20,000 nucleotides of DNA from NCBI GenBank assembly GCA_010093745.1, contig MU005991.1, positions 47,728 through 67,727 on the forward strand, given 5' to 3'. Source of the DNA: Piedraia hortae CBS 480.64. Taxonomy: Eukaryota. This document shows, one piece after another, positions 1 through 8,346 of the stretch. Below the pieces are notes generated by a model, which was not told where the DNA came from, did not search any database, and worked only from the letters and a program-made list of their open reading frames with translations. A program made the translations under genes and the position numbers. Position 1 is the first letter of the stretch, and each line of letters opens with the position of its first letter.

Positions 1-35
1 GTCCTTCACAACCATTCAAATCTGCCCGAGGCAAC

Positions 36-1557
36 CTAGGAGCCATTGCCGGGGCTCCCGTCAGAGTTCATATCAAAGTCCAATGCCAGCTGTGCCCATT
101 CCTCTTTCGCTTGATCCAGCAAGCGGAAATTGTCAAAGATGTATCCTGCCCGAGTTTCAGAAATGAGCAGACACTCCTTGCGACCATCCAACCTATCCTC
201 GTACCAGAAGACGAATAGGGAGCAACCATACCTGGCGAGACTTTCAGCTGTCTTGCGCGTGCTGCGCTTGATGGCTTCCATATATTGACTCGACTCCTCT
301 TGGCTAAAGAGGTAAAGAAACTTGGGGAATTTGGCCACAACATCAGAAAGTGTGGGAATGGTTGCGGAGAGTGCGGTGAGAATGTTTAGCTCATCGCGCA
401 TGCCCTGATTAGGGACCAATATGCTGCCACCGTCGAGGAAGAGCGTGTCCTCGAACCCCCTGAGAGTCATGCGTTTCAATTTCGGCGGCGGGGGGCACCC
501 GCGAAGGAAGATTGCGTCGAGGAATTGCGGGTCGTTGTTATTCTGAGCTCTTCGAGCTCGGTGAATGTATCCAGACTTTTCAGAGTAGGCTGAAGCTTGT
601 GGATATACACCTGTTCCTGCGGATTATACTGTAGAGCCTTGAGAGAAGATTTCTGCTGGCCAAGAATTGTGAAGAACCTGTGTAGATCTCCCCACATCAG
701 ATCATTGTATGGCTGCGTAGTATGTGTGATGTCTTCGGCGTCCGAAATATCCTCTGGATGCGATTGATCTTCTCCTTTTCCGTGCATTAGAATTTATACC
801 CATGCCATGTATATTATTTCTCTTGCTTAGCACGAGAGTCTCGAGCGCGCGCGGGAACGACAGAATAGCTTTTAGAGCTTTGTAGCTGATATTTGCCTCT
901 TCCAGCTTAAGATGCTTTAGCGGCGTTTTGATGGGTACCAGGGCGTCGCAGCAATTGTCTGACAGAATTGCATTTACGATCTCTAAACGCTCTAGCGTTG
1001 CGTGGGTGAAAAGAGCAGCGTGCCAGTCTTGCAAGGTAAAATAGGCACCATCGCTACCACTCAGATGCAAAGTAAGGTCAGTGAGGGTAAAGAGCGGCTG
1101 TTCCTTGAGGAATCGTGGACAATGGCCGAGGAGTAAAGTGGAGCTTATCAAAGGTGCGAACAGGAAGTAAGGGTCGCAGCCAATTGACTGGAGCTCCATC
1201 ATAGGAATGTCCAAGATAATGGTCAATATACGGGCTCGTGATGGTGAGGCATTTCAGCCTTGGCGTTCATGCCAGTAGTTCTCTCAGAAGGGCAAAATTG
1301 TTGCAGCCATCAATCTTCAAGCGAGCTTCGATCGACTTGATAGCGCTCTTTCGAGCGGGACGGGCTTGGAGTGCCTTCAGCAATGCATTAAGTTGCGCCG
1401 TAGTCGTTAACGAAATTGACTGGTAAGTCGTGGGTTCCGCAACTTCCTGGAAACGCTTGCAGGTGAGAAAGAGATTTCTCAATGTCTTGTCGTTGTGTAT
1501 GTATTTGGTAATATGCAGGGGTAATTCATTGGGTCGTGCCACCAGTATTGCGGCCAT
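36..1557 (-). pseudogene. Disrupted F-box domain protein with LRR/RNI-like C-terminal region
   Basis: ATG 1557 opens a degenerate F-box (MAAILVARPNELPLHITKYI..TLRNLFLTCKRFQEVAEPTTYQSI). After the in-frame TGA at 1269-1267 the frame continues as TPRLKCLTITSPY. A frame change between ~1080 and 1226 leads to LTDLTLHLSG..TPLKHLKLEEANIS..PRALETLVL. A 52-nt intron-like segment 826-775 has a GCAAGA donor, CTAAT branch and AAG acceptor. A further frameshift near 538 joins LEELRI to NDPQFLDAIFLRGCPPPPKLKRMTLR; stop at 38-36. This joins four ORF-track fragments. Confidence 0.7.
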
Positions 1558-2517
1558 TGTTGGTGGAACTAATGCGTTAAGCAGAAAAGGTTCAGGCGGC
1601 AATGCTCGTTAAGCGGCGTCTCGGCGCTATGACTGGAAACTGGTCGCCTGGTGACATGATTGGCAAACCAAGTTGCGGACCTCACAGGTTTTGGAAAGTT
1701 AATGTGTATGGCAGCTTGAAAAGCAATTGTGCACTAGGAAAACAATACTGTGCCCGCGCAAACGCACATGGATAGCTGAAGCGGGGCTTGGAACATGTAT
1801 CGCCGCCTTGCGCCATGATTGGCTACTGAATTGCACGCTAGCCGCCTAAACTTGTGATTGGCCGACAACACACTTTGCAGACAATCGTCGACTCGACTCG
1901 ATGCATTATAGCTATATACCCTTTGTGTGGTTTCCAAGGACTGTACAGCCTCTTATCGGCTTATTGAAGTACTTGAATTACGATGGACTTGAGCTCCTCT
2001 TCTAGAACCTTGGGAAGACGGGCTGATATCAGACCGTGAACCCGCCAGTACACCAAATGAGAAATCGGCGCAGAGAGATGATCTCAAAGACCAGAAAGCA
2101 CAAAGGATGATCTCTATCTAGGGACGCCTCCACGCCTATCAACCGCTATCTATGGCAAGAGGCGTCGACTCCGATAAAGCAGTGCTGTCTCATGTTTGGA
2201 GTCATGTCCGGAGACAAGCTGTTGAACACCTCCCCGTGAAGCTGAGCAGTTACAAACCCCCTGCCAAGCTACCCCAATGCGGATGATCGGCCGCACTCGC
2301 CGACGTCGCTATGCACGCACAAATGCAAGGGGTAGAGTGCCCGTGACTGATCGTCTCTGAAGCGTCCAAATTTTCGCGCTCGCGAAGGGATATCATGTCA
2401 TTTCCAAAGACGTTGAAGAAATCAATAGTCATGAATGTCCATACAACTACAAGTTAGAACTTGCTCACAAATATCTCAAGTTCCTCCACCTGCCTCATCC
2501 ACTTCCAAAGTGTAATC

Positions 2518-4065
2518 TCATTGAGACTTTAATCTCAATCCGTGCTTGAGCGTGCGCTTCCAAAGTACTGATAGGTAGTCACGGGCTCCAGGCTTTCGGC
2601 CAGGGTTCCCAAACATTTCCTTCCGCCACGCCTCTGTAACTGTCATCCTGAAGGGCCCGGGTTTGCCAAAAAGTGGAAATTTTGGGGGGTCCACTGGGTG
2701 TCCCCGCATGAATGTTTCCCAGTCGTTTTCGAAGTGCGCAATCACTGGGATGTAGCTTTCACTAAGATTGTCGAATGCTAGGTGGGCAAGGCGACGAATC
2801 CAACGTCCTCTCTCATATGCTTCGTCGTGGTAATCTTCCTTGGTGTAATTCCCGTAGATGTCCCCAAGTCCTAGGATTAATCGCTCTTCAAAGTGGTTGC
2901 GAATTTGCTGGTCGTCGGGCGAAAACCTTTCGTTTCCAGCGTCCTATCGCGAAGGATCAAGAAGGTCAATGTCCCGGCTAACGGCGAAGTCGCTTCTAAC
3001 ATTGGGCATCCTATAGATATCTTCCCGGTCCCATAACCAAAAGGGAGGCCGCCGCGTAAGTACCGCAGGTACAGCTTGCACATGATCCCAATCAATGACC
3101 ATATCAATCTTCCACTCCTGCTGAGGGCCCGATTTAGCGACCATGATGTTTCTCGGAAACAAATCCCATTGGTGCAATATGCTGCGCGAAGTCGATACAT
3201 TGTCCTTGTGTCGAAGATTAAAGATGCCATGTTGTTTCATCTCATTGCTAATTTTGCAAACATTCGCCAGTAAGCGGCTGCCCGTATCACGGTCTTCCCC
3301 CTCGAATCTGGCTTTTAGCATGCTGGGCAGGTAATCTCCCAACGAATCTTCCATATCGACGTTTCCAGGCACCCAAAACTCCTGTATGTAACGCTCGAAC
3401 TTGGGCAAGCCGATATCGAGAAAAAGCGAGCCCTTGATAGCCATGCCAGGCTCATGAGATGAAGTTATTATTCCAGTAAGAGGGAACGTAACGAGTTCCA
3501 TGATGAGCAGGAATTCCACTATTCCGTCGACGACATTTAGTTTCTCGGGTAGAGTCATACTGTCGTAAATATCATGAAGGCGACAACCGGACGAGAGGCT
3601 GGTCAAGATGTAGCGACAGTTCAAGGGGTTTCCCCTGCTTGCATCAAAGGCGAGGAGACGGGGCGCAGGAATGCTGCGCCTTGCCAGCAGCTGCAGCACC
3701 GTCACTTGATCCTGAATATCGTGGCCAAGAATCTTCTCTCTTGCGTCCAATTGTGGCTTCTCATCTGCCCGCGATATGCGGTAAACTCCCTCAATTTTCT
3801 GACCACGTGCTCTCAGATGGGCAACAACCACTCGGTTAAAGGTCCCTCCCTTGCGATGCTCCAGCAATATGCTCTCGAAGTTCCCAATGCTCTCGGTCAG
3901 TGCTTGCACCTTGGGCTGGAATGTCGCGTAAGGTTCGTAATTGGGCCTGTACCGATCTGTAGAGCGGGTCCTACGAGGTCTGCGGACGGGAGCAGCTAGC
4001 TTGTCTGCATCAGACTTGTTCCGCGTGAGACTCCCTCTCAAGCGCTCTATGATATTCATGGCCAT
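2518..4065 (-). pseudogene. APH/choline kinase-like (phosphotransferase family) protein with a single premature stop
   Basis: Motifs GGTFNRV, IPAPRLLAFDAS..NPL, HQWDLFPRNI and VIDWD. After the in-frame TAG at 2946-2944 the frame continues without stops (DAGNERFSPDDQQIRNHFEE..YHDEAYERGRWIRRLAHLAF..) into ORF 2518..2745, giving 516 codons in total. Confidence 0.75.
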
Positions 4066-4807
4066 GTCAGTTAATAAATCGCGGGGCTTTGTGAGAATCA
4101 GAGATGTTGATGAAGTCCGAAGTAAATCAACTAGGCTGGCAGGGATACCAAGGCAAGACCTGCTGGCAATAACTCGTAGACGGTACTGCTCTCTTGAAAT
4201 GTACGCCGGTGAACGTGAAGCTTCTCAATAAGATAACACTGGTTTGACGTCGAAAAGTAATAACTGTGAGGCTTTCACGGAAAGTTGTGATGTGTGCGGC
4301 GGCAGCCCCACATGCAGCTTCGTAAGGAAGGCGCATCCTTCGCATCATTTTGGCCCAAAGTAAACTGCAAGTCAGCAGCATTTAAGCATACATGTTTTCG
4401 ATGCAATTCCTACATTTCACGCAGCGAAGAAAAACGTGACTGTCGAATTTATGAATAATCATATCGCTGTTGTTTCCTGCATATAGAGCAAGGTCATCTG
4501 ATTACACAAAAAACATCTCCAAGTCCAGAGACCCTTTCCAGTATGCTCAATAGAAACAATCTCGATATTTGACGTTGAGTAACGACACTTGGCCTGTCCC
4601 AGGGCTTGGAGGTCGGTAAGCCAAGCCAGCTCGCTTCCGCGTACACACGCGAACATTTGTCATGCAAACACCCAGTTCACATCATTTCAATAACGAAACC
4701 ACCAGCCATGACGTAGGGCATTCATCTGGGCGACCCGCTTAACAGCTGACACCAAAACAACGTGAAGAAAAAAACCGAGAAAACATTTACGCATTACAAC
4801 CTCTCAA

Positions 4808-6146
4808 TCAAGCTCCTTCACTCCCAAACCCCTTTGTCCAAGCTTCATTCCTCTTGAGGTCCTCGCTACTAACCGTCGGCCTTGACGCCTTGATAGCTTT
4901 GACAAAATCCTTGAGCTGTAACGGCGGTTCCAGTAGCTTATCACTGTCGACCTGTGTCCAGTCCATTTCCATCGCATCTTTATCCCCCGGAGAGCACGGG
5001 GTAAGCTTCTCCTGCCCATTAACCACAACCTGCGTAGTACATCAGCTGTGCCAACCCCAACCAAAAAACTCCACAAACCTTTTTATAATGCGTCGCCATC
5101 TGTATTTTCCTTATAGGCTGCATAAGCGCATCCTGCACCGCAATCGTAATATCCGAGCCCGAATACCCCTCCGACAACTTCGCCAGAGCCTTAAAATCTT
5201 CCGGTTTAAGCTCACACGGCGTGGTCCCCACCGCAAGTTCCAACATCCTCGTCCTGGCCGGCATATCCGGGAGGGAAATATGCACTCTCCTCTGAAACCG
5301 TCTCCTAATTGCCGCATCAAGCTGCCACGGAATATTCGTCGCCCCCAGGATCAACACACCCGTCGAATCCCTCCCCACCCCATCCATCTGCACCAACAAC
5401 TCCGTCTTAATCCTCCTTGAAGCCTCCGATTCACCCTCCCCGCGCGGCCCACAAAGCGCATCAATCTCATCAATGAACACAATACTCGGCTTATTCTCCC
5501 TCGCCATAGCAAACAACTGCTTAACCAACCTCTCACTCTCCCCCATCCACTTCGACACGAGATCCGACGACGACACACTAAAAAAGGTGCTATTCGCCTC
5601 CGTCGCAACCGCCTTCGCCAGATAACTCTTCCCCGTCCCCGGTGGCCCATAGAGGAGTATCCCCTTCCAAGGCTGTCTCTTTCCCGCAAAAAGATGCGGA
5701 AACTTCACCGGCAAAATCACAGCCTCCTTTAAGGCCTCCTTCGCCCCTTCCAAACCCGCAACATCCTCCCACTTGATATTCGGCTTATCTGTCAAAATCG
5801 CCCCAGCCAGCGCGCCCCGGAGTTTCTTATTCTCTGCGTCGTCGTCTCCTTCATTACCCCCTGTCTTCCCTCCCACAGTAGCAGCAGCAGCAGCAGGAGT
5901 TTTCTTTTTGACATCCTGCTCATGGAGATGTTGTTTAAGTTTCTCCGCGCGCTCCATGTACTCTGCCGCTTTCTGGCGAATCATTTCTTTCGATTTGGCG
6001 TTTTTTTCCCATTTCAGGGCCAGCATAAAGAGTTCAAGGGCTTGGTAGTACAGCCGGTATGCGGAAGAGTAGTCGCCGGCCGTATCGTGTTCAATGGCTT
6101 TTTTGACTTGCTCAATCGCCCGGCCGAGGAAGTCAGTGTTGGACAT
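4808..6146 (-). CDS. VPS4: AAA+ ATPase Vps4 (ESCRT-III disassembly), 429 aa; exons 6146-5079 and 5029-4808
   Basis: N-terminal MIT domain ([11 protein letters not shown]..), Walker A GPPGTGKS, Walker [19 protein letters not shown], and Vps4 C-terminus [13 protein letters not shown]. One 49-nt phase-0 intron at 5078-5030 (GTTTGT..GCTGAT..CAG) restores ATHYKK|VVVNG. Confidence 0.97.
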
Positions 6147-6352
6147 GTTTGCTGAGGAGAACTACACGCTTGCGCGTGGGTTGGGTGTTGGCGTCGTCGT
6201 TGCCGGGTTCGTCGAGACTTGCTTGATTGGGTTAGCAGGGGAGGAGTAGGGTTAGGGCAGAATGGAAATAGGTGGATAGGGTTAGGATGAGAGCGTCACA
6301 TTGCATCACGTCAGGCAGTCAGAGATGAGCTGCCGACGATTTGAAGAGGACA
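6147..6352. promoter_or_regulatory. 206-bp divergent promoter/UTR region between VPS4 and prefoldin 6
   Basis: Head-to-head start codons. Contains three GGGTTAG motifs (6229-6286) and a CRE-like TCACGTCA (6306-6313). Confidence 0.6.
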
Positions 6353-6857
6353 ATGTCGCTACAAACAAAGTCGGAGGAATTTAACACTCTGCAGAATGGT
6401 ATATAATGCTCCAGATTGAAGTGGCATGTGGTTGATGTATTTAGAACAGTCAAATCTCATTCAAGCGCGGTCCAAACTTGACAGTCAGAGACAGGAGAAT
6501 CTTTCTGTGCAGAATGTACTCATACCAACAGAGATTTGTCTCAGCTATTCTGATTTTTGAAACTTTTTGCAGGAATTCAATGGATTAAACGAAGAAGCGA
6601 AGGTATTCAAGCTCGTCGGTCCGGTGCTGTTGAAGCAGGACTTGGACGAGGCGAAGACGACGGTTAGTGGACGGTTGGAGTTTATTGGGAATGAGATGTG
6701 TGTTCAACTATTTCTTTGGGGTGGGGTGCTGATGATTGATGGCAGAAAGAGAGTCGAGAGGGAGATTGAGGGGAATAAAGAGAAGAGTGAGACTCTGAGG
6801 GGCGAGATTATGAGTTTGCAGGCTCAGCAGCAGCAATATGAGGGTGGGACGGCCTGA
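6353..6857 (+). CDS. YKE2: Prefoldin subunit 6 (Yke2/Gim1), 117 aa; exons 6353-6398, 6445-6515, 6573-6697, 6746-6857
   Basis: Spliced product MSLQTKSEEFNTLQNEQSNLIQARSKLDSQRQENLSVQNEFNGLNEEAKVFKLVGPVLLKQDLDEAKTTVSGRLEFIGNEIKRVE.. carries the beta-prefoldin signature KLVGPVLLKQ. Three GT-AG introns of 46, 57 and 48 nt; the exons sum to 354 nt. Confidence 0.93.
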
Positions 6858-6953
6858 ACAGTAACGATGAAACTATGCAGATGATGAGCTAAATTTTGTG
6901 AGGATGGGTACTTCCCCATCAACCCACAGACTCCAAACCTGATGGCAGCCTCC

Positions 6954-7230
6954 GATCGACTGATTTGGCAGGGCACTGCCTCTAGCAGCCTGCTAACAGC
7001 CCTACAGACAACCAGACCTTCTGATGCCGGTCCCTCCCATCGGCACAGGTCATTCCCAATGCCTGTATTGCTGGAGACTTCAACCTCCATCATGAAAGGT
7101 GGGAGCCAGGTGTCGCGCGCATACGAGGGTCTCACTTGGATGTATCTGCACAGCTTAACAACAATTCTTCTCATCGGTAGGACATCAGATTGATCTCGTG
7201 TTCACCAACATATCTGGAGTTACAAAGGTT
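6954..7230 (+). mobile_element. Degenerate non-LTR retrotransposon (LINE, Tad-like) APE endonuclease fragment
   Basis: Ordered motifs in shifting frames: DRLIW (6954), YRQP (7003-7014), CIAGDFNLHHERWEPG (7064-7111), SHR followed by GHQIDLVFTNI (7180-7212). These match the recalled fungal LINE endonuclease motifs NVYRxP, xAGDFNxHHxxW and THxxGxxIDLxFSN. No reverse transcriptase domain follows. Confidence 0.72.
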
Positions 7231-7411
7231 TGGAGCGACAAAATATGCTGCACCCTGCTCACCACGGACATATGTTTGGCAATCGCCATGTCTAACAACA
7301 TGGTTACACTTTACTCGATTAACAACAGCAATGCAACTGTCGGAAACTCCTATCAATATCCATAACACCATGTCCGCATCTACTAAAACCCTCCCCCGTC
7401 CCTTCTAAAAA

Positions 7412-7654
7412 TGCAGCGAATGCGAAAAAGTCAAGGAAATCGCGAATATCCCTTTCACAAAACTAGCAAGAGGAGGACAACCTGCAGCGCCCATGGTGTG
7501 CGAGCGCATCTACCTCCGATTGTCCTGGATAACTGGGACAATCTTCACGACACCTTTTTCGACTCAAAAAGAAGCCTCAAGTCAAGATATTCAGTCATCG
7601 GAGAATAATAGCCTGGAAGAAGTGGTATACCCTCCAATTGACTGCGTTGAGCTC

Positions 7655-7700
<46 letters not shown>

Positions 7701-7860
7701 TGGGCTGTACCAAATGCGGCTTCGTATGTAAACACTTGACAACTATTCAGGGTCGGCTGAGTTTGGCACCTGGCAACGTGCGCATTATAAGCGCTTTTCC
7801 GGAACGAAACCTCTGATCCAGTCGATGTGCAAAGAACTTTTAGTTTGGAGGGTTTGCCTG
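7412..7860 (+). pseudogene. Possible DUF3505/OrsD-like zinc-finger gene relic
   Basis: CSEC (7412), GVRAHL in another frame, EEVVYPPIDCVELPF, LGCTKCGFVCKHLTTIQ, then stop/frameshift and PVDVQRTF (7818-7841). The order fits the DUF3505 motif series as I recall it. Interrupted by a homopolymer. Confidence 0.45.
7657..7698 (+). repeat. T7 followed directly by an A35 homopolymer
   Basis: Read directly: T at 7657-7663, A at 7664-7698. Confidence 0.95.
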
Positions 7861-8346
7861 TTGTTTTTTTCTCGCAGGCTCGGTTGAGAAGAACGCTGAA
7901 CGCGTGTTATACCGCGATGCCTCCTGCAAATATGTCCATGACGGGACACTCGTTATTCGTTCAATTCTCAGTATGATCGCTGGCAGTTCATCCGGCATGG
8001 CGGACAAGGACAACCATCTAAAGCCCCGCTTCATCGATTATGTCACCGAGGGGTTGTTTATGTTCAAGCCTCCTCCCAATTTCAGTTTAATTCGTCGAGT
8101 TGATCTGGAGCACGCCGATACCCAGTTGTCTTCGCCACGACTCATTTGGAAAGACAAGCATATCGTCAAATTAGTTTCATTTCCCAAATCAATAATACAA
8201 TTAATCAAACTCGTAGCTCATCACCACACTTACCGCCATAGAAACCCATCGTAAGCCCTTGCAGTCCCCTCAGGCTCATCAAGACCCAAGGAATCCCCCC
8301 CAAAGCCCTTGTAGTCCCCTCATCACTCATCAACCAAACCCACCCC

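Noticed and set aside
4100..4800. ncRNA/tRNA in the intergenic region (small hairpin GAAGG-CGCAT-CCTTC)
   Set aside because: No cloverleaf, A/B boxes or snoRNA boxes recognised; the 5-bp stem is expected by chance.
5019..5078. ORF-track C-terminus of Vps4 (VCGVFWLG..)
   Set aside because: Read-through of the 49-nt intron.
6954..7698. One complete LINE running from the endonuclease to the poly(A) tail
   Set aside because: No RT motifs, far too short, no target-site duplication, and the intervening DNA looks like a different relic.
7493..7816. 107-aa ORF with poly-Lys as a functional gene
   Set aside because: The Lys run is the A35 homopolymer, and the surrounding motifs are spread over several frames.
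36..7900. RIP as the cause of decay
   Set aside because: The relics are not visibly AT/TpA-enriched and many lesions are indels; RIP indices were not computed.
7904..8254. 116-aa + strand ORF
   Set aside because: GTG start, no recognisable motif, and it runs into the probable SMC4 3-prime UTR.
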